A stretch of 64,000 nucleotides of DNA from Ranitomeya imitator (GCF_032444005.1 NC_091283.1:791182001-791246000), one strand, 5' to 3'. Shown: positions 22,251 to 35,940, counted from the first letter of the stretch. Program-made: numbers and translations. Notes: generated from the sequence alone by a model not told the origin.

Positions 22251-22563
22251 GGCTATGTTCACATTTGCGTTGTTGGGCACAGTGTCGTCGACGCAACCAA
22301 CAACGCATATACACAACGCTGCGTTTTTTGACCCATGCGTTGACATAAACTAGTAATGTTCATGAATTTTGGCGCAGGGAAAACGCTACAAGTAGCATCG
22401 TCCGCGCCCTGTCTGGTGCGTCAAATTGACGCATGCGTCGTAAAACGCAATACAACGCATACCGGCGCATGTCCATGCGCCCCCATGTTAAAGATAGGGG
22501 CGCATGACGCATGCGTTGGTATGCGTCGACGCTGCGCCCAACAACGCAAATGTGAACGTGGCC
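22251..22563. mobile_element. PIF/Harbinger-type MITE
   Basis: TIRs GGCTATGTTCACATTTGCGTTGTTGGGC / ...CAAATGTGAACGTGGCC, with 3-bp TSD TAA on both sides. Confidence 0.8.
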
Positions 22564-22694
22564 TAAGGCTCGGTGCACATTTATCATGTGCTCTATGCTG
22601 AACACTTACAGTGGGGTTTCCGTGTAAATCTCTGAAATATGTGATTCAGACTGGACCCCCAACGGAATATTCTCTTTAATGATGGAGACCTATA

Positions 22695-23419
22695 CAGTGG
22701 GTATGGGAAGTATTCAGACCCCTTTAAATTTTTCACTCTGTTTCATTGCAGCCATTTGGTAAATTCAAAAAAAGTTTTTTTTTTCTCACTAGTGTTCACT
22801 CTGCACCCCATCTTGACTGGAAAAAAAAAACAAATGTAGAAATTTTTGCAAATTTAAAAAAAAACTGAAGTATCACATGGTCATAAGTATTCAGACCCTT
22901 TGCGCAGTATTGAGTAGAAGCACCTTTTGAGCTAGTACAGCCATGAGTCTTCTTGGGAATGATGCAACACGTTTTTCACACCTGGATTTGGGGATCCTCT
23001 GCCATTCTTCCTCTCCAGTTCTGTCAGGTTGGATGGTGAATGTTGGTGGACAGCCATTTTCAGGTCTCTCCAGAGATGCTCAGTTGGGTTTAGGTCACGG
23101 CTCTGGCTGGGCCAGTCAAGAATGGTCACAGACTTGTTCTGAAGCCACTCTGTTATTATTTTAGCTGTGTGCTTAGGGTTATTGTCTTGTTGGAAGGTGA
23201 ACCTTCGGCCAAGTCTGAGGTCTAGAGCACTTTGAAAGAACTTTTCATCCAGGATATCTCTGTACTTGGCCGCATTTATGTTTCCTTCAGTGGCAACCAG
23301 TCGTCCTGTCCCTGCAGCTGAAAAACACCCCCATAGCATGATGCTGCCACCACCTGAATACTTATGACCATGTGATATTTCAGTTTTTCTTTTTTAATAA
23401 ATTTGCAAAAATGTTTACA
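22695..23419 (-). mobile_element. Tc1 remnant, internally deleted, cut by DIRS-C
   Basis: TA-CAGTGGG terminus. The minus-strand ORF 22932..23339 has WGCFS, FQQDN and WPSQSxDLNPxEHLW Tc1 motifs. Confidence 0.85.
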
Positions 23420-24666
23420 TTTCTCCTTCGCCACATTGGGGGACACAGGACCATGGGTGTATGCTTCTGCCAGTAGGAGGCTGATACTAAGTGAATACAA
23501 AAAAGTTAGCTCCTCCCCTGCAGTATGCACCTCCCCTGCAGTATACATCACCCACTGGCTATAGAGGGAACCAGTTCATGCTTAGTGTCCGTAGGAGGCA
23601 CACGGGGTCTGCTATTCAGACTATACTTTTTATTTTATTCCTTTTAATTTTTTTCTACAAGGAAGAAGCATCGGACCCTTTCACGGGGCCGATCTCTCCC
23701 AATCAACAACAGGCAAGCACGGGGAGTGTCGCCTCCCCGTATCCTCTCCTGCAATGCAAGTCAGGCCTTCAGGGCACTGGTCTCCCCGCACAAGCAACAG
23801 ATGGGAACATGGACTGTCACCTCCATGTACCCCCTTGTGAGCCAGGCTACAGCCGGATACAGCCCTGTTCCATCCTAGGGGAGCGAACCCTTAGGATGCA
23901 CAGAAGCTCCTATGGTGTCCATGCTGCTCCCACTGCACCAACACTGATACAACAGCGGCGCTGCATGGAGCTGGACGGTCCCTTTCCACCTCCCCCATAG
24001 AAGGGGACGGTGGATAAGAGGGTCCCTGCACCGTCCATTTCTTACCTGCAATCCAGGCTCTGCAGTAAGCAACGCCTTCCATCCAGGCTCTGCAGTTAGT
24101 TGAGGACCCGGAGGGGGGGAAGGGGCTCCGTTAGCGCTTCGTGGGTCTGGTCGCGTTTCTTGGCAGGGCGCCGCTAATTTAGTCCCCGGCTGCGGCCTCT
24201 GCTAGGCTGCAAGCCCGGTTGGTAGCTCCACCCACAAACGTGCGAGTGCGCCGGTGGTACCGCCCACCTTCCTGGCGCTTCTTATTCTTCAGGAGAAGCG
24301 ATTTTCTACTCGGCAGCCATCTTACATGGAGCTGGCAAATCACAGGAGGACAGGACTGCACCGAACGGCCTTGACTCAGTTCCACGACCTGGCATGTTCC
24401 TACCTAAGACTTCCAAAAAGGCCACCGACACACATACAGTGTTTTTCACCTCAGCTCTGCAAAACGTGATACCAAATGCGCTCAGGAGCCTCCTGCTGCT
24501 ACCGATCCTGTGACTAGTCCCCCTGAGTGGGTTGCATCCTTATCACAGTCCATGGCTTCCTTAACCAAGGCCATTGAGTCCCTTCAGGATGCCTCCAGGA
24601 TAGGGGACACTGATCTGCCTGTCTCAGAGGATTCCCCTACATCTCGGGAACTGTTGGCCTGCAGGG

Positions 24667-25406
24667 TGTCATGATCCCAATGGCAGGGGATCACTAAAGG
24701 ACAAGCACAGATACAAACAAGCTCTAGGGCGATGGAACCTGAGCTGACCGCGACCCTGAACCTAACACACAAATAAAAGTAGCCGGGGAACGTGCCTACG
24801 ATGATCCTAGACGTCTCGCTCCAGCCGAAGATCTAACTTCCCCTATTAGAAGAAACACAGACCTCTCTTGCCTCCAGAGAAATCCCCCACAGAAATAGCA
24901 GCCCCCCACATATAATGACGGTGAAATGAGAGGAAAGCACATACGCAGTATGAAAACAGTTTCAGCAAAATGAGGCCCGCTAAAGCTAGATAGCAGAGGA
25001 TACAAAAGTGAACTGCTCGGTCAGCGAAAAACCCTTCAAAAAACCATCCTGAAATTACTTGAACTCATGTGCCAACTCATGGTACATGAGGAGCAATTTC
25101 AGCCCACTAGAGCAACCAGCAGCAAGAATCACATATCTGCAGGCTGGACTAAAAACCAAATAAAGCAAAACACCAAAACAGGAAAATCAAAACTTAGCTT
25201 GACCAGAAGGTTCTAGGAGCAGGGAGCAGAGGTAACAAGACACACTGGATACATTGATAACCGGCGAGGAAATGCCAGCAAAGCCAGGTTAAATAGGAAA
25301 CTCCCATATGCTGATGGAACAGGTGGAACCCAGAAACCCAGGAAAGACAAGTCACCCAGTACCATCAGCAACCACCAGAGGGAGCCCAAAAACAGAACTC
25401 ACAACA
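24667..25406 (-). mobile_element. Solo LTR (740 bp) inside DIRS-C
   Basis: TG...CA ends (TGTCA / ACAACA) and a 6-bp TSD GCAGGG (24661-24666, 25407-25412). Strand is a guess. Confidence 0.8.
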
Positions 25407-26160
25407 GCAGGGGCCGTCCCTGCTTAAAGCAAACACAGGCATCAAGGAAATGGATGCATAGCATGTCTCCCAGGCCCTCTGGCACCTCGTCATCCATTAG
25501 CTCCGTTTCTCGCTCTCCCTCTCCAGTGATTGATAGCGAACAAGCCTCTGAGTACGAGTCTGAAGGGCCCCTTGTCTTAGAATCTCTGGGTTACCAGACA
25601 ACAATAGCTAGTGTCATAGAAGCCATCGACCAGACCTTGCAGGTTAGCGAAGAACCTGCTTCTGCACGCGCAGATGATGCGGTGTCCTTTAAAAGGGCTA
25701 AACTTCCTCATAGGGTGTTTGCCAATCACCCTGAGTTCCAGGACATAGTTCGGCGCCACAGATTGCGGCCAGACAAACGCTTTGCAGGACAGAAGTCCTT
25801 GAGGCCAGATATCCTTTCCCATCTGACCTCCGCAAACAATGTGCAGAATCCCCTCCAGTGGATCTTCCTGTGTCCCGATTGGCTCTCCAAAACTCTTCTG
25901 TCCTTGCCTGATGGATCCTCCATCAGGGATCCCACGGATCGCCTAACCGACAGCCTTGCCCGTTCTGTTTTCAAGGCATGAGGTTCTGCACTTGCTCCCT
26001 CCTTTGCAGCAACATGGGTAGTTAAAGCCATGGTATCCTGGGCAGATTCTCTGTATAAGACTATACAAAAGAGTAATCTTCCCCTGGAGATATCAGAGCT
26101 GGCAAATCAGATTTCTTTGGCCAGGGACTATGTGGTAAATGCATCCATAGATGCGGCTAA

Positions 26161-26578
26161 GGGCTCTTTCACACTTCCGTTGTTTGGCCACCGTCGCAAT
26201 GCGTCGGATTGGAGAAAAACGCATCCTGCAAAGTTGCCCACAGAATGCGTTTTTTCCCCATAGACTTGCATTAGCGACACATTGCGCCGTATGGCCATAC
26301 ATTGCATGCGTCGTCCACTGGATGCATCGGGTTATGGCGGCCCGTCGTCTCGAAAAAACATTCAAGGGAACGTTTTTTCGTACGTAGCATCCTGCAATTT
26401 GGACTGCGCATGCCTGGGCGGAGATCGCTATCTCCTCCCCGGGACTTTAGAATGAGCAGCGGACGTGTTGAAAAACTGCGTCCGCTGCTCACGTTTGGCA
26501 CAATTTCACCAACGTCCGTCGGTACGTCGCACCGACGCTTTGTGATGGCCGAGTACCGACGGAAGTGTGAAAGAAGCC
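26161..26578. mobile_element. PIF/Harbinger-type MITE inserted in DIRS-C gag
   Basis: TIRs GGGCTCTTTCACACTTCCG / CGGAAGTGTGAAAGAAGCC; TSD TAA. Removal restores the gag frame. Confidence 0.85.
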
Positions 26579-27836
26579 TAATTGCGCTGCGCTTGCGGCT
26601 TCAAACGCAGTAGCTATCAGAAGAGCGCTATGGCTCAGGGACTCGCGAGCTGACTAGAGTTGCTGTCCTTTTCCTCTCTAAAGAGGCTGAACTCTTAAGA
26701 GCACAGGACTGATCTTTGCTAATCTCCTCCTATCTAGAACTCCATTTTCCAAGCAGTAGGAGCTGTATAACATCATGGTAAATACAGTCCTGGGATGTCT
26801 TTGTCTTGTTGCTTAGCAGCAGCTGATTGAAGGACATAAACCACCTCATGTGAGACTGGTCATAAAAGTCTGTCAGTTGTCAAATATAGTATAAAGAAAA
26901 GCTTACCCGTTACTAGGATCTTATTGTGAGGCTAAGATATCTTTCATGTAGCTGTACAACATCATATGAAACAGGAGTGAATACAAAAATGCACAAACAC
27001 CAGCCATACAGTTGTGCTCAAAAGTTTTCCTTCCCCCGGCAGAATTTTTGCTTTCTTGGGCTTTTTTTCAGAGAATATGAATGATAACACCAAAACTTTT
27101 TCTCCACTCATGGTTAGTGGTTGGGTGAAGCCATTTATTGTCAAACTACTGTGTTTTCTCTTTTTAAATCATAACTATGAGTGGAGATAGTTTTGAATGT
27201 TATCATTGAAGTTTTGGTGCTATCATTCATATTCTCTGTATGAGTTTACGAGAATTACCTGATAAAATCAGTTTACCCCCTTGGAAAAGCATCCTTTATT
27301 TTTCTTTATTCCTATCATGAACTTGAATATTTAACATGCTAGTTGAGGCCTTTACAATCTGAGCTGGAGCTCTTGAGTTGTTTGTAATTTCTCTGAACTT
27401 TGCACGGTTTGATATTGTGAATTTGCTGGGACGTCCACTCCTGGGAAGATTGTAAAATGTCTTGAATGTTTTCCTCTTCTGAATATAATCTTTCTCACTG
27501 CAGTATGATGTTTAATCTGTCTCTATTAAGGATAAAGTAACTAAATTTCCAGAAATGGCGGAACTAGAGTCCGATGTATTCTGCTGCAAAATTTGGACCT
27601 GAGCCCTCCCCCCGGATGTTGGTTAGATGTATGAGCCCTTAGTAGCTTTCTAAATCCTATAAAGACATTCACTCCCCTCCCTTTTTCATTATGTAGTAAT
27701 GGACCCCTTCCTGGTATATGTCCCACATCCTGGGTCCCTTCCTGGTATGTATGTCTCCGATCCTGGGCCCCTTTCCTGGTATATATGTTTCCCATCCTAA
27801 TATAAATGTCTCTTATCTTGTGCCCATCCTGGTATA

Positions 27837-29521
27837 CAACCTCTGGCAAAAATTCTGGAATCACCGGCCTTGGAGGATGTTCATTCAGTTGTTTTAATTT
27901 TGTGGTAAAAAAGCAGATCACAGACATGGCACAAAACTAAAGTAATTTCAAATGGCAACTTTCTGGCTTTAGGAAACACTAAAAGAAATCAAGAATAAAA
28001 AATGTGGTAGTCAGCAATGGTTACTTTTTTAACCAAGCGTAGGGGAAAAATTATGGAGTCACTCAATTCTGAGGAAAAAATTACGGAATCACCCTGTAAA
28101 TTTTCATACCAAAAAAGAACACCTGCCTCAAATTAGATCTGCTCGTTAGTCTGCATCTAAAAAGCAGTGATCACACCTTGGAGAGCTGCTGCACCAAGTG
28201 GACTGACATGAATCATGGCTCCAACACGAGAGTTGTCAATTGAAACAAAAGTGAGGATTATCAAACTCTTAAAAGAGAGTAAATCATCTCGCAATGTTGC
28301 AAAAGATGTTGGTTGTTCACAGTCAGCTGTGTCAAAAATCGCGACCAAATTCAAACAACATGGGAAGGTTGTTAAAGGCAAACATACTGGTAGACCAGGG
28401 AAGACATTAAAGCGTCAAGACCGGAAACTTAAAGCAATATGTCTCCAAAACAGGAAATGCACAACAAAACAAATGAGGAACGAATGGATGGAAACTGAAG
28501 TCAACGTCTGTGACTGAACTGCAAGAAACAGCCTAAAGGAAATGGGATTTACATACAGAAAAGCTAAACGAAAGCCATCATTAACACCTAAACAGAAAAA
28601 AACAAGGTTACAATGGGCTAAGGAAAAGCAAACGTGGACTGTAGATGACTGGATGAAAGTCATATTCAGTGATGAATCACGAATCTGCATTGGACAAGGT
28701 AATGATGCTGGAACTTTTGTTTGGTGCCGTTCCAATGAGATTTATAAAGATGACTGCCTGAAGAGAACATGCAAATTTCCACAGTCATTGATGATATGGG
28801 GCTGCATGTCAGGTAAAGGCACTGGGGAGATGGCTGTCATTAGATCTTCAATAAATGCACAAGTTTATGTTGATATTTTGAACACTTTTCTTATCTAATC
28901 AATTGAAAGGATGTTTGGGGATGATTAAATCATTTTTCAAGATGATAATGCATCCTGACATAGAGCAAAAACTGTGAAAACATTCCGTGAAAAAAGACAC
29001 ATAAGGTCAATGTCATGGCCTGCAAATAGTCCGGATCTCAATCCAATTGAAAATCTTTGGTGGAAGTTGAAGAAAATGGTCCATGACAAGGCTCCAACCT
29101 GCAGAGCTGATCTGGCAACAGCAATCAGAGAAACTTGGAGCCAATTGATGAAGAGCACTCTATGACACTTTTTAAGTCCAGGCCTCGGAGACTGCAAGCT
29201 GTTATAAAAGTCAGAGGTGGTGCAACAAAATACTAGTGATGTTTCGGAGTGTTTTTTTGTTTTTCATGATTTCATAATTTTTTCCTCAGAACTGAGTGAT
29301 TCCATAATTTTTCCCCTATGCTTGATTAAAAAAAAGTAACCATTACTGACTACCACATTTTTTGTTCTTGATTTCTTTTAGGGTTTCTTAAAGCCAGAAA
29401 GTTGCCATTTGAAATGACTTTAGTTTTGTGCCATGTCTGTGATCTGCTTTTTTCTACAAAATTAAACAATTGAATGAACATCCTCCAAGGATGATGATTC
29501 CATAATTTTTGCCAGGGGTTG
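27837..29521 (+). mobile_element. Full-length Tc1 element (1685 bp) with ~250-bp TIRs
   Basis: TA-CAACCTCTGGCAAAAATT ... AATTTTTGCCAGGGGTTG-TA. Inserted in a short CCCATCCTGGTATAT tandem repeat. Confidence 0.92.
28215..29236 (+). pseudogene. Tc1 transposase pseudogene
   Basis: MAPTRELS... start; FSDE, FQDDNA and SPDLNPIE DDE motifs; GGATKY* end. Several in-frame stops (e.g. 28515, 28896) and a late frameshift. Confidence 0.9.
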
Positions 29522-29599
29522 TATATGTCCCTCATCCTAGTAAATATGGCTCCCATCCTGGACCCATCATGGCATATATGTCCCCCATCCTGGTATATA

Positions 29600-30168
29600 C
29601 AGTGGGGAAAATAAGTATTTGATACACTGCAGATTTTGCAAGTTTTCCCACCCACAAAGAATGTAGAGGTCTGTAATTTTTATCGTAGGTACACTTCAAC
29701 TGTGAGACAGAATCTAAAAATAAAAACTAGGAAATCACATTGTATGACTTTTACATAATTATTTCATGTACTAAAATTCAATTTAATTATTTGATCTTCT
29801 ACCAACCAGCAAGAAGTCTGGCTGCACAGTCCTGTTAGTTTTTCTTTATGAAGCCCTCCTACTCAGCACTCATTACCTGTATTAATTGCACCTGTTTGAA
29901 CTTAACACCTGTATAAAAGACACCTGTCCACACACACAATCAATCACACTCCAACCTCTCCACCTTGGCCAAGACCAAAGAGCTGTCTAAGGACACCAGT
30001 GACAAAATTGAACACCTGCATGTAACTGGGATGGGCTACGGGACAATAGGCAAGCATCTTGGTGAGAAAGAAACAATTGTTGGCACAATTAGAAAATGGA
30101 AGAAACACAAGATGACTGTCAATCTTCCTTGGTCTGGGTTTCCATTCAAGATCTTGCCTTGTGGGTAA
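29600..30168 (+). mobile_element. 5' fragment of a second Tc1 family
   Basis: TA-CAGTGGGGAAAATAAGTATTTG terminus. ORF 29965..30168 resembles a Tc1 transposase N-terminus (AKTKELSKD...GYGTI...TIRKWK). Confidence 0.75.
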
Positions 30169-32274
30169 GGCCTCCTTAACACGTTCTTGGGATTCATGTA
30201 TATGAAAAACCATTACAGGTGAGGTTCTTGTCCTTGTGTACATATGTGATATTTGTATGACATTCGTGTATCCGTCTGTTTTCCGTGTGTCACATCCGTG
30301 TGCCATGTATCGGCACCTGGGAAAAGCAGTACAGTTCACGCTGATCCCAAGTGCCGCCTGCTGAAGGCAGCTGTCATCCCAGGGCAAGTGGGAAGAGTGA
30401 GGCTAAGCATCAGATTTTGCACATCTTATGGCTGCTCCAATTCTGGGGCGGCTGAGGTTTGATGTTGGTAGTCTTGGAGAACGCAATATCTCTGACCCCT
30501 TCACAGCCTATTAATATCAACCCACAGCTGTCTGTTTAGTCTTTGCTGGTCTGAACTTGTAGGGGGACCCTACATCATTTTTTTTCTGGGATCCCCCGTA
30601 AATTCACCAGGAAAGGCTAAGCAAACAGCTGTGAGCTGTTATTAATATATAACAATATAAAACAAATAGTAAAAATAAAATGCCCTCAGAAAGCAGCACT
30701 GTGCTTTTTTCATGCCTACAGTACTACTAATTTACTGGCCTGATCGTATAGTAATATACGGTAGTAATGATTGTATTTGAAACCATTAGGGATGCTAAGG
30801 GTATATTTACACCGAGTTTATTTTTGTGGTGGAAAAATCATCTGCTAATATTAAGCAATAAATTTATCAGCCAAATCAAAACCATTGAGATCCTAGAACA
30901 GCACAAAAACCGAAAGAAGAAAGATCCCTAAAATATAACTTAATGAATCAAGTTAAAAAATGGAATCTGTTTTGTTTTTTGACCATCCGCCATCTTGTTG
31001 TGGTTTTCTGGCTGCTGGTCTTTTTCCCCTGGTGCTGGGTTGTCTTAGGTCAGGTGATTGTATCACCCTTTATTACCCAGCACCTGCCTCCCATTCCTTG
31101 CTGGACAACAGTGTTAATCCGCTTGAGTTCTGGCTAGGTGCTTTGATAGCTTTCTGTGTTTCATATTGTGCAGTTCTGGTATCTCTGGTTCTGCTTAGAG
31201 TTGAGCGACCTTGACCTTTTTAGAGTCGAGCCGGGTTTTGCGAAACCCGACTATGTCCAAAGTCGGGTCGAGTGAAATCGGCCGATTATGACGTAAAGTC
31301 GGGATCGACCGAAACACGAAACCCAATGCAAGTCAATGGGGCAGCATAGTCGGCAGTGAGTGGGGGCCAGGAAAACACCTAGAGTGGCCATTTTAATGTC
31401 AAAACCATCCATTCTTCTTAATGAAGCTTGTCAAGCGTAATTTACCTTATAATAATTGGAAGGCATTTGAAATTGGGGGTCATTTGGCTAAAGTTGTGGG
31501 GGGTAGGGCTGGTTCAAGTAATTAGTGGGCCCAGGAAATCTGGACCACGTCACGGCAGTGGAGCAGGGAGAGGTAAGTATTTCAACTTTGCAAGTGCTGT
31601 GAACCTGAGCAAGCAGGGGGGGCCCACTCGTTGGCATTGGCACTGGCACAGGGCCCCTCAAAGTACAGCGGTGTGTTTGCACGGCGGGGGCGCCTCCCAC
31701 CGGCAGCAACACTTTTGCGTACTATGAGAGGCCCTGTGCCAGTGACGTCGCCAACTAGTATTCCTCCCCCCACCTGATGAAGGAACCTGCACTTTCATCT
31801 GCACCTTCCTCTTTGTCCCCGTGTAAGGTGGTATGGTATGCGGGAAGAGCAACCTGACTTTCAGCAGGGTCACAATGTTGTTGTGTAGCGTGCACGGGGA
31901 ATGTTGCGTTATGGGTCAATGTACCAGCAGACTCATCTATCACTGGCTGGGCAATGGGCACGATGAAGTGGAAACACAGATATAGGCCCAAAGAAGAAAG
32001 TGGGCTAAATGCAGTTCAAAATTGGTAACACAGGAATAACCAGGGGGCATTGCAGTGGAGGACAACTGGAATGAGAGGCTGACACAGAGAGTAGGGCCAA
32101 ATCAGTAAGTAGTCGAAATGCAGTTCAAAATTGGCAACCGTAGTAAACAGGCGGCACAGCTTTGTTCAGTGGAGGAGAACAGCAAGGAGTGGCAGACACC
32201 GATAGTAGGCCCCAAACCAACTAGTACGCCAAATGCAGTTGTTCCATTTAACCACAATTTAATGAGAGCCTGAA

Positions 32275-32850
32275 GATAGAAGCTCAGGAAAGGCAACCTG
32301 GGGAACACCTTGGAGTGTAACACACCATCTCTCTCCACCCCATACCCATTTTGTATGGCCTAATGCAGTGTACTTTTCTACAACTACTAAACGAGAGTCG
32401 GAAGACCGAAGCAATGGCAAGGAAACCTGGGGAACACCTTAGAGTGTAACACACCCTCTCTCTACACCCCATACCCAATTTGAAGGCCTAATGCAGTGTA
32501 GTTTCCAAGAACTACTAAACGAGAGCCGGAAGATCGAAGCTCAGGAAAGGCAACCTGGGGAACACCTTGGAGTGTAACACACCCTCTCGCTACACCCCAT
32601 ACCCAATTTGAAGGCCTAATGCAGCGTAGTTTCCAACAACTACTAAACGAGAGCCGGAAGATCGAAGCTCAGGAAAGGCAACCTGGGGAACACCTTGGAG
32701 TGGAACACACCATCTCTCTACACCCCATACCCAATTTGAAGGCCTAATGCAGAGTAGTTTCCAAGAACTACTAAACGAGAGCCGGAAGATCGAAGCTCAG
32801 GAAAGGCAACCTGGGGAACACCTTGGAGTGTAACACAACGTCTCTCTACA
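32275..32850. repeat. Tandem array of ~120-bp units (~5 copies) inside the hAT
   Basis: Repeats of GAAGATCGAAGCTCAGGAAAGGCAACCTGGGGAACACCTTGGAGTG... Confidence 0.9.
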
Positions 32851-33300
32851 CGACGGAAGGGCTGATTCTTAGGAAGGAAGGCTGTTGGAAATAAGCATTG
32901 CGCGTCCGAGGGTGATTATATTCTTATTAGGTATATACTCACCCTCGGACGCGCCCTGCTTCTTTATTTGGAATGAATGTTTATTTGCAATGTGGTGTTG
33001 ACTTTCTCTATTATTTTGGTAATTAATGATTTTATTATTTTCATTATTTTGCATCTTCTCGGCAATAATATAAAGAAGACGCGACAGGACAACACTCGGT
33101 GGATGCCATATGTGTGTTTTCAATTTAAAAAAACTTTCAGTTAACTACTTGCAGGAGAAAGTAATTGTAGCTGGTGGCCATTTTTAGTACTGTACCAGAT
33201 TAGAGTTGTGTGTTTGTTTTTAATGTTAAAATGTCTGCATTTGATATCTCACCAGTATTTTCTTTTTTATAAGCAAAATACTTATTTTTATATTTTCTGA

Positions 33301-35940
33301 TGTTGGTTCCAGGGGTACACGGCCAGCAGTGCCCTGGTCAGTGTAGTAGTAGTTGAAAGAATGGACCGCAGACAGGCATCGAAGGCCTAAAATAATAACA
33401 CATGGCTGTAGGCAATTTTAAATTGGTTCCAGGGGTACACGGACAGCAGTGGTGTGGTCAGTGGAGGCCTAGTGGAAGGAGTGACCGCAGACAGGCATCG
33501 AAGGCCTAAAATAATAACACATGGCTGTAGGCAATTTTAAATTGGTTCCAGGGGTACACGGACAGCAGTGGTGTGGTCAGTGGAGGCCTAGTGGAAGGAG
33601 TGACCGCAGACAGGCATCGAAGGCCTAAAATAATAACACATGGCTGTAGGCAATTTTAAATTGGTTCCAGGGGTACACGGGCAGCAGTGACCTGGTCAGT
33701 GTAGTAGTAGTTGAAAGAATGGACCGCAGACAGGCATCGAAGGCCTAAAATAAAAAAATTGGGCTGGCTGTAGGCAATTTTAAATTGGTTCCAGGGGTAC
33801 ACGGGCAGCAGTGACCTGGTCAGTGTAGTAGTAGTTGAAAGAATGGACCGCAGACAGGCATCGAAGGCCTAAAATAAAAAAATTGGGCTGGCTGTAGGCA
33901 ATTTTAAATTGGTTCCAGGGGTACACGGGCAGCAGTGGTGTGGTCAGTGGAGGCCTAGTGGAAGGAGTGACCGCAGACAGGCATCGAAGGCCTAACATAA
34001 CAAACTTGGGCTGGCTGTAGGCACTTTTAAATTGGTTCCAGGGGTACACGGGCAGCAGTGGTCTGGTCAGTGGAAGTCTAGTGGAAGGAGTGACCGCAGA
34101 CAGGCATCGAAGGCCTAAAATAATAACACATGGCTGTAGGCAATTTTAAATTGGTTCCAGGGGTACACGGACAGCAGTGGTGTGGTCAGTGGAGGCCTAG
34201 TGGAAGGAGTGACCGCAGACAGGCATCGAAGGCCTAAAATAATAACACATGGCTGTAGGCAATTTTAAATTGGTTCCAGGGGTACACGGACAGCAGTGGT
34301 GTGGTCAGTGGAGGCCTAGTGGAAGGAGTGACCGCAGACAGGCATCGAAGGCCTAAAATAATAACACATGGCTGTAGGCAATTTTAAATTGGTTCCAGGG
34401 GTACACGGGCAGCAGTGACCTGGTCAGTGTAGTAGTAGTTGAAAGAATGGACCGCAGACAGGCATCGAAGGCCTAAAATAAAAAAATTGGGCTGGCTGTA
34501 GGCAATTTTAAATTGGTTCCAGGGGTACACGGGCAGCAGTGGTGTGGTCAGTGGAGGCCTAGTGGAAGGAGTGACCGCAGACAGGCATCGAAGGCCTAAC
34601 ATAACAAACTTGGGCTGGCTGTAGGCACTTTTAAATTGGTTCCAGGGGTACACGGGCAGCAGTGGTCTGGTCAGTGGAAGTCTAGTGGAAGGAGTGACCG
34701 CAGACAGGCATCGAAGGCCTAAAATAATAACACATGGCTGTAGGCAATTTTAAATTGGTTCCAGGGGTACACGGACAGCAGTGGTGTGGTCAGTGGAGGC
34801 CTAGTGGAAGGAGTGACCGCAGACAGGCATCGAAGGCCTAAAATAATAACACATGGCTGTAGGCAATTTTAAATTGGTTCCAGGGGTACACGGACAGCAG
34901 TGGTGTGGTCAGTGGAGGCCTAGTGGAAGGAGTGACCGCAGACAGGCATCGAAGGCCTAAAATAATAACACATGGCTGTAGGCAATTTTAAATTGGTTCC
35001 AGGGGTACACGGGCAGCAGTGACCTGGTCAGTGTAGTAGTAGTTGAAAGAATGGACCGCAGACAGGCATCGAAGGCCTAAAATAAAAAAATTGGGCTGGC
35101 TGTAGGCAATTTTAAATTGGTTCCAGGGGTACACGGGCAGCAGTGACCTGGTCAGTGTAGTAGTAGTTGAAAGAATGGACCGCAGACAGGCATCGAAGGC
35201 CTAAAATAAAAAAATTGGGCTGGCTGTAGGCAATTTTAAATTGGTTCCAGGGGTACACGGGCAGCAGTGGTGTGGTCAGTGGAGGCCTAGTGGAAGGAGT
35301 GACCGCAGACAGGCATCGAAGGCCTAAAATAATAACACATGGCTGTAGGCAATTTTAAATTGGTTCCAGGGGTACACGGGCAGCAGTGACCTGGTCAGTG
35401 TAGTAGTAGTTGAAAGAATGGACCGCAGACAGGCATCGAAGGCCTAAAATAAAAAAATTGGGCTGGCTGTAGGCAATTTTAAATTGGTTCCAGGGGTACA
35501 CGGGCAGCAGTGGTGTGGTCAGTGGAGGCCTAGTGGAAGGAGTGACCGCAGACAGGCATCGAAGGCCTAAAATAATAACACATGGCTGTAGGCACTTTTA
35601 AATTGGTTCCAGGGGTACACGGGCAGCAGTGGTCTGGTCAGTGGAAGTCTAGTGGAAGGAGTGACCGCAGACAGGCTTCGAAGGCCTAACATAACAAAAT
35701 TGGGCTGGCTGTAGGCACTTTAAATTGGTTCCAGGGGTACATGGGCAGCAGTGTATGGTCAGTGGAAGTCTAGTGGAAGGAGTGACGGCAGACAGTCTTC
35801 GAAGGCCTAACATAACAAAATTGGGCTGACTGTAGGCACTTTTAAATTGGTTCCAGGGTAACACGGCCAGCAGTGGCCTGGTCAGTGTAGTAGTTGTAGA
35901 AAGAAGGGACCGCAGACAGGCTTCGAAGGCCTAACATAAC
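33301..35940. repeat. Tandem array of ~22 units of 119-122 bp with higher-order structure, inside the hAT
   Basis: Repeats of AAATTGGTTCCAGGGGTACACGG...GACCGCAGACAGGCATCGAAGGCCTAA. Identical ORFs at 33780 and 34384 show a 604-bp period. Confidence 0.95.

Larger units (their letters stand above)
23420..26650 (+). mobile_element. DIRS-C: 3'-truncated DIRS element related to DIRS-A (left ITR and gag remnant)
   Basis: Starts TTTCTCCTTCGCCACATTGGGGGACACAGGACCATGGGTGTATG, similar to the DIRS-A ITR. Gag peptides ELANQIS and DAA|NCAALAASNAVAIRRALWLR are rejoined across a MITE. No pol or right end seen. Confidence 0.8.

Noticed and set aside
23491-24000. 169-aa ORF
   Set aside because: It overlaps the DIRS-C ITR/5' region and has no motifs or splice support.
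26690-27540. Additional Tc1-like fragments (TA-CAGTTGTGCTCAAAAG at ~27009)
   Set aside because: Probably real, but too decayed to set boundaries or a family, so not listed as a feature.
32275-35940. CRISPR-like repeat-spacer arrays
   Set aside because: Whole monomers repeat with no unique spacers, there are no cas genes, and the context is eukaryotic.
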